A stretch of DNA of 64,000 nucleotides from NCBI GenBank assembly GCA_963666215.2, contig CAXWPL010000005.1, positions 96,001 to 160,000 on the forward strand, read 5' to 3'. The stretch comes from Acidobacteriota bacterium. Its GTDB lineage: Bacteria; Acidobacteriota; UBA890; WLXD01. Position 1 is the stretch's first letter; every line of letters begins with the position of its first letter. Under the pieces are notes generated by a model. It was not told where the DNA came from, ran no database searches, and worked only from the letters and a program-made list of their open reading frames with translations. The translations under genes and the position numbers were made by a program. Below, in pieces: positions 47,400-57,763 of this stretch.

Positions 47400-48631
47400 G
47401 TCGCGTTGCGGTCGCCATGAGCGGTGGGGTGGACTCGTCGGTGGCGGCGGCGATGTTGCGAGCCGCTGGCGAAGACGTCGTCGGGATCACTCTGCAGCTG
47501 TGGGATTACAGCGGCGTCAACCTCGCCTCGGGCCGCGGGCGGTGCTGTTCGCCCTCCGATGTCGCCGATGCCCGTGCCGTAGCCGCGGCACTGGAAATAC
47601 CTCACTTCGTCTTCGACCATTCCAGCGAATTTCGCCAGCAGGTGGTGGAGCCCTTCCTGCAGGTCTACGCCGGGGGCCGCACACCGAGCCCGTGCATCAC
47701 CTGCAACCGGCGGGTGAAGTTCGATCTGCTGTGGAAGCTGGCGCGCTCGCTCGGTTGCGAGACGTTGGCCACTGGACACTACGCGCGTCTCGACGTCGAT
47801 GAATCCAGCGGGCGGCCGCTGCTGCGCAGAGCCGTCGACGTCAGCAAGGACCAGTCTTATTTCCTCTACGACGTTGCGGCCGAAGCTCTCGCCGGAGTGC
47901 GCTTTCCGCTTGGCGCCCTTTCCAAGCAAGAGGTGCGCGAGGTCGCGGCTGCCCACGGCCTCGCCGTTGCCGACAAGCCTGAGAGCTACGATTTGTGCTT
48001 CATCCCGGACGGCGACAAGAACGCGTTCGTAGAGCGCCAAGGCTCGGGCCCGGCCTCGGCGCCCGGAGCGATCGTCCATCTCGACGGAGAAGTGCTCGGG
48101 GCTCATAGCGGCACACACCGATTCACGATCGGGCAACGTCGAGGCCTCGGGCTTCAGGCCACAACCGACAACAGCCGTTCGCTGTACGTCGTGGAGATCG
48201 CCGCCGACACCACCGACGGAACACGGACCGTGACCGTAGGCCCCGAGTCCGCCCTGATGTCAGACGGCTTGATTGCCGCCCGCTGCAACTGGCTGGCAAT
48301 TGCGCCCCCGACGGGCGAGTTGCTTGCCGCGGCGCGGATCCGGCACCGACACAGCGAGGTGATGAGCCGCATCAGCCCCGTCACGACCGCCGCGCCCGTT
48401 GCGGCGAGCTCCGCGCGGTCCACACGCTTTCGCGTCGACTTCGACAGACCGCAACGCGCCATCGCGCCCGGGCAGGGTATTGCTTTCTACTACGACGACC
48501 TGCTGCTCGGCGGCGGCTGGATCGAGAGCGCCGCGCCCACCCCCACAGCGGTCAAAGCTGAAAAAACCGAATATGGACCATCCGCCACCGGCGCAGGCTC
48601 CCGTTCCGCACCCGACGTCACTGGCGCTTAG
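47396..48631 (+). CDS. mnmA: tRNA 2-thiouridylase
   Basis: AMSGGVDSSV, GRTPSPCITCN, ATGHYAR, KDQSYFL, DLCF, FTIGQRRGL, AIAPGQ. Confidence 0.96.
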   Translation: MSRVAVAMSGGVDSSVAAAMLRAAGEDVVGITLQLWDYSGVNLASGRGRCCSPSDVADARAVAAALEIPHFVFDHSSEFRQQVVEPFLQVYAGGRTPSPCITCNRRVKFDLLWKLARSLGCETLATGHYARLDVDESSGRPLLRRAVDVSKDQSYFLYDVAAEALAGVRFPLGALSKQEVREVAAAHGLAVADKPESYDLCFIPDGDKNAFVERQGSGPASAPGAIVHLDGEVLGAHSGTHRFTIGQRRGLGLQATTDNSRSLYVVEIAADTTDGTRTVTVGPESALMSDGLIAARCNWLAIAPPTGELLAAARIRHRHSEVMSRISPVTTAAPVAASSARSTRFRVDFDRPQRAIAPGQGIAFYYDDLLLGGGWIESAAPTPTAVKAEKTEYGPSATGAGSRSAPDVTGA

Positions 48632-48638
48632 CCCCGGG

Positions 48639-49391
48639 TCAGTCGGAGTCGCTGCCGATCCGGTCGAGCATGACCCGCGCGGCGATCTGCTCGGCGCTCT
48701 TCTTGGTCCGCCCCCTGCCCGAGGCGTTCCACGTGCCTGCGTCGACACGAACGTGGAACATCTTGTCGTGATCCGGGCCTTCTTCGTCGACAACACCGTA
48801 GAGCGGCAGTCGTAGTCCGAGCGCCTGTACCGCCTCCTGCAACGCCGACTTGTAGTCGTGCACGGGCGCCGTTTCATCGGCCGCGTCGACGAGGAGCCCG
48901 TTCATTCTCGGAACCAGGAAGGCTCGCGCCGCGTCCAACCCGCCGTCGAGATAAAGCGCCGCGATCAGAGCCTCGAACGAATTGGCGAGAATCGACTGTT
49001 TCTCGCGGCCGAGGGTCTTTTCCTCGCCACGCCCGAGCAGAACGAAGCTGCCGAGCCCGAGCTCGTTGGCCAGCCGACCGAGCGTTTCTGCAGAAACCAG
49101 GTACGACTTGAGCTTCGACATCTCGCCTTCGTTCAGATGCGCGTGCTCCGTGCAAAGGATGTCGCTCACGACCAGCCCCAAGGCAGCGTCGCCGAGAAAC
49201 TCGAGTACTTCGTTGTCGGCAGGGCGGTCGCCATGCTCGTTGGCGTAGGAGCGGTGGGTAAGCGCCCGCTGCAGCAGCTCCGGGTTTTGAAACGTGTGGG
49301 CGAGGCGCGACTCGAGCGCCGCCAGGTCGCCGCCGGAGGGTGTTTCGACGTCGGCAACATGCGATGGATCGGCGCTACGCACACTGCTCAA
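48639..49391 (-). CDS. rnc: Ribonuclease III
   Basis: ALTHRSY, NEVLEFLGDAAL, FEALIAALYLDGG, DYKSALQE, GPDHDK, KKSAEQ; TTG start with GAGGAG. Confidence 0.95.
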   Translation of the reverse strand: MSSVRSADPSHVADVETPSGGDLAALESRLAHTFQNPELLQRALTHRSYANEHGDRPADNEVLEFLGDAALGLVVSDILCTEHAHLNEGEMSKLKSYLVSAETLGRLANELGLGSFVLLGRGEEKTLGREKQSILANSFEALIAALYLDGGLDAARAFLVPRMNGLLVDAADETAPVHDYKSALQEAVQALGLRLPLYGVVDEEGPDHDKMFHVRVDAGTWNASGRGRTKKSAEQIAARVMLDRIGSDSD

Positions 49392-49647
49392 GGTGCGCTC
49401 TCCTCTCCTCTGCTCTGCCTGACGACCAGCGATCGCCCCGGTAACTTGTCGTCCACAGGAGCTGCAAGAACCGACCTCCGGAAGCGAGAAAAGGGTCGAT
49501 CGTTACGGCATGCGGCGCTGAGAAACCTACTGCCGGCGAACGTACCACAAGGCCCGTGGCTGTCGTCGCCGACGAGCACGCGCGCTGCGGCGCGTCGCGT
49601 TTTCGAGCCCGGTCGTAGAGTTCGAGTACCGGCGAGCGAGCGCGAGG

Positions 49648-50133
49648 CTAGTCGAGCTTCGACAAGCGCACCTTGGCCACGCCCTCTGCCACCATCGCGA
49701 GCTGTCTGGCTGCCTCGTACGACAGATCGATCTCACGACCACCGATGAATGGGCCGCGATCGGTGATCTCCACAACGACCCGGCGCCCGTTGCTCTGGTG
49801 GGTCACCTCGAGGCGCGTGCCGAAAGGCAGCGTTTTGTGCGCCGCCGTGAGCTCGTTCATGTTGTAAACGCGACCGCTGGCAGTGGTGCGTCCGTGGTAC
49901 TTGGCGCCATACCAGGAGGCGACGCCTGTCCAGCTCAATGGATGCACACGGCCGGGTCGAACAGCCGGATTCGCGTTCAGCGAGCAACCACCCAGCGGTA
50001 GGCCGATCAGAAGGGCCAGAAAGACCAGGAGGATCGTCGGGCGCGCGACCGAATACGACGAGAACGACCCTCGCGCGCTACTCCGGAACTTGGAGCGTGC
50101 CAACCAGCTCGCGAACCGCGTCGAGTCCCTCAT
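49648..50133 (-). CDS. rlpA: Septal ring lytic transglycosylase RlpA-family lipoprotein (DPBB only)
   Basis: Lipobox LGGC; GVASWYG, TAAHKTLPFGT, ITDRGPF, IDLSYEAA. Start uncertain. Confidence 0.88.
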   Translation of the reverse strand: MRDSTRFASWLARSKFRSSARGSFSSYSVARPTILLVFLALLIGLPLGGCSLNANPAVRPGRVHPLSWTGVASWYGAKYHGRTTASGRVYNMNELTAAHKTLPFGTRLEVTHQSNGRRVVVEITDRGPFIGGREIDLSYEAARQLAMVAEGVAKVRLSKLD

Positions 50134-51058
50134 CTCTGCACCAGCTCTCTAGCTCGTCGACCAGCCGCTGCGAGATCCCCGGGTCGTAGAAGTTGGCCGT
50201 TCCAATCTGCACGGCGCCCGCTCCCACGATCAAAAACTGCAACACCTGGTCGAGCTCGTCGATGCCGCCAATACCGATCAGCGGCAAGCTCGTAGCTACG
50301 TTTACCTCATAGAGCAGGTACAGAGCAAGCGGAAAGATGACAGGACCGGAAAAACCGCCATACACAGTGGTTAATAGTGGTTTTCTCTGTTCAACACTGA
50401 CTGTCATACCTCGTATGGTGTTCATCACCGAAAGCGCATCCGCGCCTCCGTCTTCCGCCGCTCGAGCACACAAACCGATGTCGGTAACACCCGGGGCCAG
50501 CTTCACCCAGAGCGGCATTCCGGTGACTTTGCGCACCGCCTCGGTGACTGCGCGCAGCTGTCGCGGGTCGTTGCCGAACGAAACTCCGCCCTCCTTGATG
50601 TTCGGGCACGAGACATTGAGCTCGAGTGCCGCCAGCCCTTCGGTGCCATCGAGCCGCTGGGCCACGCCGACATACTCATTGACGGTCGTACCCCAGATAT
50701 TGGCCACCACGACGGTGTCATGCTGCCGCAGGTGCGGCATCTTGTCGCGCACGAAAGCCTCGACCCCGATGTTCTGCAATCCGATCGAGTTGAGCATCCC
50801 GCCACGCGTCTCGACGATGCGCGGCGGCGCGTTCCCGGGGACCGGCTGAAGGGACAATCCCTTGACCACAATTCCGCCGATGGCCGACAGGTCGATCAAT
50901 TCCGAGAACTCGTCGCCATACCCGACGGTGCCGGAAGCCAACATGATCGGGTTCTCGAGGTGCACAGCACCGATGTCAACACCGAGATCGACTCGTGAAT
51001 CCGGCGGAGTTGACTCATCGCGTCCGGCCGCCGCTCCAACGGCGCCAGCGTCCCTCAT
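50078..51058 (-). CDS. pyrD: Dihydroorotate dehydrogenase, family 1B catalytic subunit
   Basis: NPIMLASGT, GNAPPRIVET, MLNSIGLQN, ELNVSCPN, VKLAP, GGFSGP, IGIGGI; ATGA overlap with pyrK. Confidence 0.93.
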   Translation of the reverse strand: MRDAGAVGAAAGRDESTPPDSRVDLGVDIGAVHLENPIMLASGTVGYGDEFSELIDLSAIGGIVVKGLSLQPVPGNAPPRIVETRGGMLNSIGLQNIGVEAFVRDKMPHLRQHDTVVVANIWGTTVNEYVGVAQRLDGTEGLAALELNVSCPNIKEGGVSFGNDPRQLRAVTEAVRKVTGMPLWVKLAPGVTDIGLCARAAEDGGADALSVMNTIRGMTVSVEQRKPLLTTVYGGFSGPVIFPLALYLLYEVNVATSLPLIGIGGIDELDQVLQFLIVGAGAVQIGTANFYDPGISQRLVDELESWCRDEGLDAVRELVGTLQVPE

Positions 51059-51966
51059 CGACGACCCTCCCACAGCAGATATCGTGTATCGAAGACCGGC
51101 CCCTCGCGGCAGATCCGGCGGTAGCTCCAACTGCGTCCATAGCCGTCGGCCGCATCGACATGCGGTCGACCGGCCGTAGCACTGGCGGTGCCAGCGAGCC
51201 TGGTGTGCGCCGGCACGACACACGACAAACAAACGCCGATGCCGCAGGCCATCGGCGCTTCCAGGCTCACCTGGTGCGGCAAGCCATACTCCAGTGCCAG
51301 GCGGTCGACGGCATGCATCATGGGCGTGGGCCCACAGGAGTAGAGCCGCGCCCGTCCGCCGCGGGCTCGCAGGTTCTCCAGATGTGTCGCCAGCGGAGCG
51401 GTAACCAGGCCGTGATGGCCCACGGACCCGTCGTCGGTTGATCGCGTGACTGGAACCTCGAGGCTTTCGAAGTCCTCGGCGCAGAGCAGATGCTCGGCGG
51501 TGCGACCGCCGATGAAGGCGCTCATCGTGCACCCGGCAAGCTGCATGCGCTCTGCAAGAAAGGGAAAGGGGGCCGAGCCGACGCCACCCATGACGAAGAT
51601 GTGCTCGGTCGGGCTCTCGTCCGGATCGTCGCCCGCAACCAGGCTCTTTTTCGGGAAAACGAACGGCTGGCCAATCGGCCCGAGCACATCAACCGCGTCG
51701 CCGGCGCTCAACTGCGAAAGCAGCCTCGTGCCGCGCCCCATCACCTCCACGAGCAGCGAGAAACGCGTCGGCGCCCCGTCTTCCTCCCCGACCGCGTAGA
51801 ACGCCATGGGTCGGCGCAATAACGGATCGATGGTGTCGCTCACCGAGATCATCACGAACTGCCCGGGTAGTGCGGCGGCAGCGATCTCCGGACAGCGAAA
51901 ACTCAGGACGAAAGCGTACTGGGCCACCCAGCGGGTCGATTGAACCTGCAGCCTCCGATCCAACAT
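51055..51966 (-). CDS. pyrK: Dihydroorotate dehydrogenase electron-transfer subunit
   Basis: [56 protein letters not shown]. Confidence 0.93.
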   Translation of the reverse strand: MLDRRLQVQSTRWVAQYAFVLSFRCPEIAAAALPGQFVMISVSDTIDPLLRRPMAFYAVGEEDGAPTRFSLLVEVMGRGTRLLSQLSAGDAVDVLGPIGQPFVFPKKSLVAGDDPDESPTEHIFVMGGVGSAPFPFLAERMQLAGCTMSAFIGGRTAEHLLCAEDFESLEVPVTRSTDDGSVGHHGLVTAPLATHLENLRARGGRARLYSCGPTPMMHAVDRLALEYGLPHQVSLEAPMACGIGVCLSCVVPAHTRLAGTASATAGRPHVDAADGYGRSWSYRRICREGPVFDTRYLLWEGRR

Positions 51967-52066
51967 CCGCGCGACACTAGCATGGAACCATGGCGCCTCG
52001 ATGCCGCTGTCCGAGCATCTGTGGCGCGCCCCACCGAGGCCGAGCCGATACCCAACCGGGTCTCAG

Positions 52067-52094
52067 TTGACGGCGCCGTGTGGCGTGCTAGGCT
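52067..52094 (+). promoter_or_regulatory. Sigma70-type promoter of the pyrR operon
   Basis: TTGACG (52067-72), 16-nt spacer, TAGGCT preceded by TG (extended -10). Confidence 0.6.
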
Positions 52095-52108
52095 GGCCCC
52101 GCTCGAAG

Positions 52109-52142
52109 CCTTTTAAGCTCCGGTCCGGTGAGACCAACAAGG
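52109..52142 (+). promoter_or_regulatory. PyrR-binding RNA element (anti-antiterminator)
   Basis: CCTTTTAAG...GGTCCGGTGAGACC...AAGG resembles the PyrR binding loop (UUUAA; RUCCNGNGAGRY) and lies directly upstream of pyrR. Confidence 0.75.
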
Positions 52143-52176
52143 GTTATCGATATGAAATACGAACGCCTTTCGCCCC

Positions 52177-52208
52177 GCCCGACCGGTCGCCGATCGTGCG
52201 GGCTTTTT
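52177..52208 (+). terminator. Attenuator intrinsic terminator in the pyrR leader
   Basis: GCCCG...CGGGC hairpin with inner GGTC/GATC pairs, followed by TTTTT. Confidence 0.65.
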
Positions 52209-52252
52209 GTTGCCTGCAACCCCAGCGGGCCGCGCGCCGTCAGGAGCTCCCG

Positions 52253-52810
52253 ATGCGCCTGAAGGCCGTCATCATGGACGCGCGGCAGATCGATCGCGCG
52301 ATCTCGCGCATTGCGCACGAAATCGTCGAACACAACGGCACCCCCGATCTCTCGAAGCTCGCGATCGTCGGGATCCGCACGCGCGGCGTGCCGCTGGCCA
52401 CCCGGTTGATCACGAAGATTACGGAGTTCGAGGGAGTCACCGTGCCGAATGGCTCGGTGGACGTAACGCTGTACCGTGACGACCTTTCGCAGATCGCGCC
52501 CAACCCGGTCGTGCAAGAGACACAGTTGCCCTTCGATCTCGACGGCTTCGACGTTGTTCTCGTTGACGACGTCCTGTTCACCGGTCGCACGGTCCGCGCA
52601 GCGATGGACGCGCTGATGGACTTCGGGCGACCTCGTACAATCCAGCTCGCCGTCCTCGTCGATCGCGGGCATCGCGAGCTCCCGCTGCGTGCCGACTATG
52701 TGGGCAAGAACGTGCCGACATCTCTGCGCGAAGTCATCAAGGTGAGCTGCGAGCCGGTCGACGAGCGCGACGAGGTGGCGATCTACGAGGCCGACGATGC
52801 CGTCCGCTGA
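52253..52810 (+). CDS. pyrR: Bifunctional pyr operon regulator / uracil phosphoribosyltransferase
   Basis: [65 protein letters not shown]; AGGAG RBS. Confidence 0.96.
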   Translation: MRLKAVIMDARQIDRAISRIAHEIVEHNGTPDLSKLAIVGIRTRGVPLATRLITKITEFEGVTVPNGSVDVTLYRDDLSQIAPNPVVQETQLPFDLDGFDVVLVDDVLFTGRTVRAAMDALMDFGRPRTIQLAVLVDRGHRELPLRADYVGKNVPTSLREVIKVSCEPVDERDEVAIYEADDAVR

Positions 52811-53792
52811 GCTCGCCGGACAGCAAACGCCATCAGTGACGCATGCCTTCGCTTGCAAGGACCTCATTGGTATCGAGCCGCTCAGCGTCGCGGACATCAC
52901 CGCAATTCTCGACACGGCCGTGAGCTTCAGGCGTGTTTCTGAGCGTCCCATCAAGAAGGTGCCGGCACTGCGTGGCAAGACGGTTGTTTGCCTGTTCTTC
53001 GAACCGTCGACGCGCACCCGCACCAGCTTCGAGATCGCCGGCAAGCGCTTGTCGGCCGACGTTCAGAGCATCAGCGCCGCGACAAGCAGCGTTGTCAAGG
53101 GCGAGACGTTGTTCGATACAGCGCGCAACATCGAAGCCATGCATCCCGACCTGCTGGTTCTGCGGCACTCATCCGCGGGAGCGGCCAAGTTGCTGGCGAA
53201 GCACTGCTCGGCCGCGGTGATCAACGCCGGGGACGGTGCCCACGAGCATCCGACGCAGGCGTTGCTCGACGCGCTGACGATCCGCGATCACAAGCAAACG
53301 TTCGAGGGCCTGCGCGTGGCGATCGTCGGCGACATCGCGCACAGCCGCGTGGCGCGGTCCAACATCCTCTGCCTGAGCAAGCTGGGCGTCCAGGTGGTGC
53401 TCGGCGCGCCGCCCACGTTGCTACCGGCCGGGATCGAAGATCTCCAGGACGGCCTCGAGGTTCACCACCGCCTCGAGCCCGCGATCGAAGGCGCCGACGT
53501 GGTGATGATGCTGCGCATTCAGGTGGAGCGCGGCGGCAGCATGAACATCCCGAGTCGTGCCGAGTACGCACGCCTGTACGGGCTCAACGCAACTCGGCTG
53601 GCCCTCGCAAAGCCCGACGCCATTGTCATGCACCCAGGCCCGATGAACCGCGGCGTCGAGATCACCTCGGAGATCGCTGACGGGCCCCGTTCTGTGATCC
53701 TCGAGCAGGTCGCCAACGGACTGGCGGTGCGTATGGCCGCCCTGTATCTCCTTTGTGGAGGGAATCCAGCGCATGTCGACACTGCTGCTTGA
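52797..53792 (+). CDS. pyrB: Aspartate carbamoyltransferase catalytic subunit
   Basis: [62 protein letters not shown]. Confidence 0.96.
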   Translation: MPSAELAGQQTPSVTHAFACKDLIGIEPLSVADITAILDTAVSFRRVSERPIKKVPALRGKTVVCLFFEPSTRTRTSFEIAGKRLSADVQSISAATSSVVKGETLFDTARNIEAMHPDLLVLRHSSAGAAKLLAKHCSAAVINAGDGAHEHPTQALLDALTIRDHKQTFEGLRVAIVGDIAHSRVARSNILCLSKLGVQVVLGAPPTLLPAGIEDLQDGLEVHHRLEPAIEGADVVMMLRIQVERGGSMNIPSRAEYARLYGLNATRLALAKPDAIVMHPGPMNRGVEITSEIADGPRSVILEQVANGLAVRMAALYLLCGGNPAHVDTAA

Positions 53793-55107
53793 GGGCGGCC
53801 GTCTGGTCGACCCGGTTAACGATCGGGATGAGGTCGTCGACCTGCTGATTGTCGATGGTCGGGTTGCCGAGATCGGCGGCGCATTGACCGCCCCCGAGGG
53901 CACCGAATCTGTGGACGTCTCGGGCAAGCTGGTGACGCCGGGCTTCATCGACATGCATGTGCACCTGCGGGAACCGGGTCGCGAGGACAAGGAAACCGTG
54001 GCCACCGGGACTCGTGCCGCGGCAGCCGGCGGCTTCACCGGAATCGCTTGCATGCCCAACACCAACCCCGTCAACGACCACCGCGCCGTAACGCAGTTGG
54101 TGATCGAGCGCGCACGGCAAGAAGGCGTTGTACCCGTGTACCCCATCGGCGCCGTCAGCGCCGGGCAGAAAGGTGAGGCGCTGGCCGAGATCGGCGATCT
54201 GGTCGACGCCGGCTGCGTGGCGGTTTCCGACGACGGCTACCCGGTGGCCACCAGTCAGCTCATGCGCAAGGCATTGGAGTACACCGGCATCTTCGGAATC
54301 CCGGTGATCGACCACTGCGAGGACTGCTCGATGACGGTCGGCGCGTCGATGCACGAGGGGTCGGTGGCGACCGCGCTCGGCGTGCGCGGCTGGCCGTCGG
54401 CCTCCGAAGAGATCGTCGTCGCTCGCGACCTGATGCTCGCCGAGCTCACGGCCGGAAAGCTGCACTTGGCGCATATGTCAACTGCGGGGTCGATGCGCCT
54501 CATCCGCGACGCCAAGGCACGCGGCCTGCGGGTGACCTGCGAGGTGATGCCGCACCATTTCGCACTCACCCACGAGGCCTGCCGCGAGTACGACACGAAC
54601 ACGAAGATGAATCCGCCGCTGCGCTCCGAAGACGACCGACAGGCGCTTCTCGAGGCAATCGCAGACGGCACCGTGGACGTCATCGCTACCGACCATGCGC
54701 CGCACCACGCCGACGAGAAAGCGCTGGAGTTCGACCGCGCGCCGTTCGGTATCGTCGGGCTCGAGACTGCCGTGCCGCTCGTCTGCACTCACCTGCTGTC
54801 GGAGCACATCGGCGTGCGCCGCATGGTCGAGTTGCTGGCGGTCAACCCCGCCCGTGTGCTCGGCTTGGACCGGAGCGACAATGGCGCAGGGGGTTTTCCG
54901 CGAGGCCTTGGCGATTTGGCGGTCGGCCGACGAGCCAACGTGACCGTGATCGACCTCGAGGCGCACCGCACGGTCGACGCCTCAAAATTCGAGAGCCTGT
55001 CGCGCAATACTCCGTTCGACGGCGTCGAGCTGACCGGTTGGCCGACGCTCACGGTTGTTGATGGCGAGATCGTCTGGCGCCATTCGCCCGAGCCCACGAG
55101 CCGATGA
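53773..55107 (+). CDS. pyrC: Dihydroorotase
   Basis: [54 protein letters not shown]. Confidence 0.95.
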   Translation: MSTLLLEGGRLVDPVNDRDEVVDLLIVDGRVAEIGGALTAPEGTESVDVSGKLVTPGFIDMHVHLREPGREDKETVATGTRAAAAGGFTGIACMPNTNPVNDHRAVTQLVIERARQEGVVPVYPIGAVSAGQKGEALAEIGDLVDAGCVAVSDDGYPVATSQLMRKALEYTGIFGIPVIDHCEDCSMTVGASMHEGSVATALGVRGWPSASEEIVVARDLMLAELTAGKLHLAHMSTAGSMRLIRDAKARGLRVTCEVMPHHFALTHEACREYDTNTKMNPPLRSEDDRQALLEAIADGTVDVIATDHAPHHADEKALEFDRAPFGIVGLETAVPLVCTHLLSEHIGVRRMVELLAVNPARVLGLDRSDNGAGGFPRGLGDLAVGRRANVTVIDLEAHRTVDASKFESLSRNTPFDGVELTGWPTLTVVDGEIVWRHSPEPTSR

Positions 55108-55147
55108 ACCAACAAGCCGACTGCCGCGGAGAGCGGAAACCGACACG

Positions 55148-55738
55148 ATGAACCCGCGCGACGTCAAAGCCCGGCTACTCGAGCATCAAGCGCTGTTGAG
55201 TGGTCATTTCCAGCTTTCTTCCGGCAAGCATTCCAACCGCTACCTGCAGTGTGCCGTCGCGCTGCAGCACCCCGACACCGCCGCCGAGCTCGGCGGCGCG
55301 CTGGCGCGGCGGGTGCGCGGACGGCTCGGGTCGTCGCCCCACGTCGTCGTCTCGCCGGCGATGGGCGGGCTCATTATTGGACACGAGACAGGCCGCGCGC
55401 TGGGTACTCGCGCCTGCTTCACCGAGCGTATCGATGGAAAGATGGTGCTTCGTCGCGGCTTTCATTTGCAGCCTGGCGAGCGCGTGCTTCTGGTGGAGGA
55501 CGTGGTTACCACCGGACTGAGCAGCCGCGAAACGCTCGAGGTAATCCGCGCCGGCGGCGGAAAACCGGTGGCCGTGGGCTGCATAGCGAACCGGTCGCAA
55601 GGCTCGGAGGTCGACGGCTTGCCGCTGCTGTCGCTGCTCGACCTCGATGTTGAGGCCTGGAAGCCTGAACGCTGTCCACTGTGCGCCGACTCCGGCGGCG
55701 CTGGGCCCGCGATCAAGCCGGGCAGCCGGATCGTCTGA
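55148..55738 (+). CDS. pyrE: Orotate phosphoribosyltransferase
   Basis: GHFQLSSGKHSNRYLQC, SPAMGG, LRRGF, VEDVVTTGLS, CPLC...KPGSR. Confidence 0.94.
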   Translation: MNPRDVKARLLEHQALLSGHFQLSSGKHSNRYLQCAVALQHPDTAAELGGALARRVRGRLGSSPHVVVSPAMGGLIIGHETGRALGTRACFTERIDGKMVLRRGFHLQPGERVLLVEDVVTTGLSSRETLEVIRAGGGKPVAVGCIANRSQGSEVDGLPLLSLLDLDVEAWKPERCPLCADSGGAGPAIKPGSRIV

Positions 55739-55813
55739 CACAGCATCAGCCAGACTCGCGAAAGCGTCCGGCTGGCGAAACCACCGCGCGGCGGTACTCG
55801 GGCGGAGAGCGGC

Positions 55814-57763
55814 TCAGTGGCGCTTCAGACGCCGCGCGATCTCTTTCGCTTCCAGGCGGAGAAGCACCGGGCGGCCGTGCGGGCAACGCGTTGGCTCTTC
55901 ACATTCGGCGAGCTTTTCGATCAGGTAGTCGATGGCGTCGCGTCCCAGCGGCTGGTTCGCCCGAACCGCGGAGTGGCAGGCAACGGTTGCGGCGATGTTG
56001 TGCCGGTACTCGGCCAGGGCGTCGCCGGCACCCGAGTCGCCCGACGTGCCCGTCGTCCCCGTCTCCAGGCTTCCGAGCAACGCCCGCACTAGCGGCGCGG
56101 CGGGAGCACTACCCAGCACCTCTGGAACACCTCTGATCTTCCATGTGGCACCGCCGAAGGGCTCGATCTCGATGCCTGAACGGTGCAGTACCTCGAGATG
56201 CTCGGCCGCGGTCTCGGCCTCGGAGATCGAAAGCTCGACAGTCTCCGATACCAGCAAGCGCTGAACCAGAACAGCGGCCTCCTCCATCTGTCGCCGGACG
56301 CGCTCGAACAGGATGCGCTCGTGCGCCACATGCTGGTCGATGACGAGAAGCCCTATCTCGTCGGCAGCGAGGATATAGGTGTTGCGGTACTGGGCGATCG
56401 CGCGAATGGGTCCACGCGTGCCGCTGATGGCGCCACGAGTGTCCGCCGGCGCGGCGCCGGTTCCGGAGGTGGCCACGGTGTCCCACCGAGCACCCCTCTC
56501 AGACCCTGCGTCGTCGGCCGGCGGTGGCTCCATGGTTTCGGGAAGGCTCTTGAGCGCAGCGAGGTCCTCCGCGAACATCCCGCCGCCGGCGAAATCGCCA
56601 CCAAGGCGATGCAGATCCACTGGGCGCTCGCGGAGCGTCGACGTCAGCGGCAGTCGACCATCGATCTCCGTCCGCTGACTCGCGGGCGATGCCGACCCGT
56701 CGCGCTCTTGCTCTTGGTCTCCCCAATGACCCCGAAGACGGGGGGGCGGCAGCTGGTCGACAAGCGCGCCAGCGACTGCATTGTGCACCGCGCTGTAGGC
56801 ACGCCGCGGGTCGACGAACCGCACCTCGGCCTTGCGGGGATGAACGTTGACGTCGAGGTCCGTGGGCGGCAAATCGATGTGCAGCACGGCTACCGGAAAG
56901 CGGCCTCGATCCAGCGTGTGCCCATAGGCGGCAACCACGGCGTGCGCTAGGCGAGCGTCCTTCACCACGCGACCGTTGACGAACAGCCGCAGCCATAGGC
57001 GATTGGGGCGGGTGCACTCCGGGTCCGCCACGCCGCCTGTCACGCGCAGCGCCTCCCCACGGTTTGCCGGCGACGGATGCTTCCCCAGATCCAACGCCAG
57101 CCAGTGATCCGCGGCCTCGGGCCCCATGATCTGGTGAACGCGCTCGCGCAGATCCGACACCGGCGGTGCCTGCAGCCGCGTCCGACCGTCCTGCTCGAGA
57201 CTAAAGTGCACGTCGGTGCGCAAGAGGGCGAACTCCTCGACCACCCGCGCGATCTGGGTCAGCTCGGCGCTGGCGCTCTTGAGGTGCTTGGCACGCGCCG
57301 GCGTGTTGAAGAAGAGATCGCGTACCAACAAACGCGTGCCACGTGGGCTCGCGGCTACAGTCACGTGCGGCTGTCCACCGCCGTCGACCACCACTCGCGT
57401 GCCGGACCCGACGCCCGTGCTTGTAAGCAACTCGACGCGCGACACCGCCGCGACGCTCGCCAGAGCCTCGCCGCGAAAGCCCAGCGAGGCGATGCGGTCG
57501 AGATCATCGACCTCCGAGATCTTGCTCGTGGCATGCTGCACGAAGGCCATCGCGGCGTCGCTCGCCGGCATCCCGTCGCCGTCGTCAACCACTTCGATCA
57601 GACGGCGCCCGCCATCCTCCAGACGTACGGCGATCCTGAGCGCGCCCGCATCGAGCGAGTTCTCCATCAGCTCCTTGACGACGGACGCCGGCCGTTCGAC
57701 CACCTCGCCGGCGGCGATGCGATCGATAACGCGACGATCCAACAGGCGTATCGGGCGGCTCAC
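55814..57763 (-). CDS. mutL: DNA mismatch repair endonuclease MutL
   Basis: IAAGEVVERPASVVKELMENSLDAG, HATSKI, LGFRGEALAS, DVNVHPRKAEVRF, DQHVAHER, ACHSAV, CPHGRP. Confidence 0.97.
   Translation of the reverse strand: MSRPIRLLDRRVIDRIAAGEVVERPASVVKELMENSLDAGALRIAVRLEDGGRRLIEVVDDGDGMPASDAAMAFVQHATSKISEVDDLDRIASLGFRGEALASVAAVSRVELLTSTGVGSGTRVVVDGGGQPHVTVAASPRGTRLLVRDLFFNTPARAKHLKSASAELTQIARVVEEFALLRTDVHFSLEQDGRTRLQAPPVSDLRERVHQIMGPEAADHWLALDLGKHPSPANRGEALRVTGGVADPECTRPNRLWLRLFVNGRVVKDARLAHAVVAAYGHTLDRGRFPVAVLHIDLPPTDLDVNVHPRKAEVRFVDPRRAYSAVHNAVAGALVDQLPPPRLRGHWGDQEQERDGSASPASQRTEIDGRLPLTSTLRERPVDLHRLGGDFAGGGMFAEDLAALKSLPETMEPPPADDAGSERGARWDTVATSGTGAAPADTRGAISGTRGPIRAIAQYRNTYILAADEIGLLVIDQHVAHERILFERVRRQMEEAAVLVQRLLVSETVELSISEAETAAEHLEVLHRSGIEIEPFGGATWKIRGVPEVLGSAPAAPLVRALLGSLETGTTGTSGDSGAGDALAEYRHNIAATVACHSAVRANQPLGRDAIDYLIEKLAECEEPTRCPHGRPVLLRLEAKEIARRLKRH

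Noticed and set aside
50352-50385. dif site or replication origin as the cause of the AT-rich pyrD patch
   Set aside because: No XerD arm (TTATGTTAAAT-like) at the correct spacing and no DnaA boxes seen.
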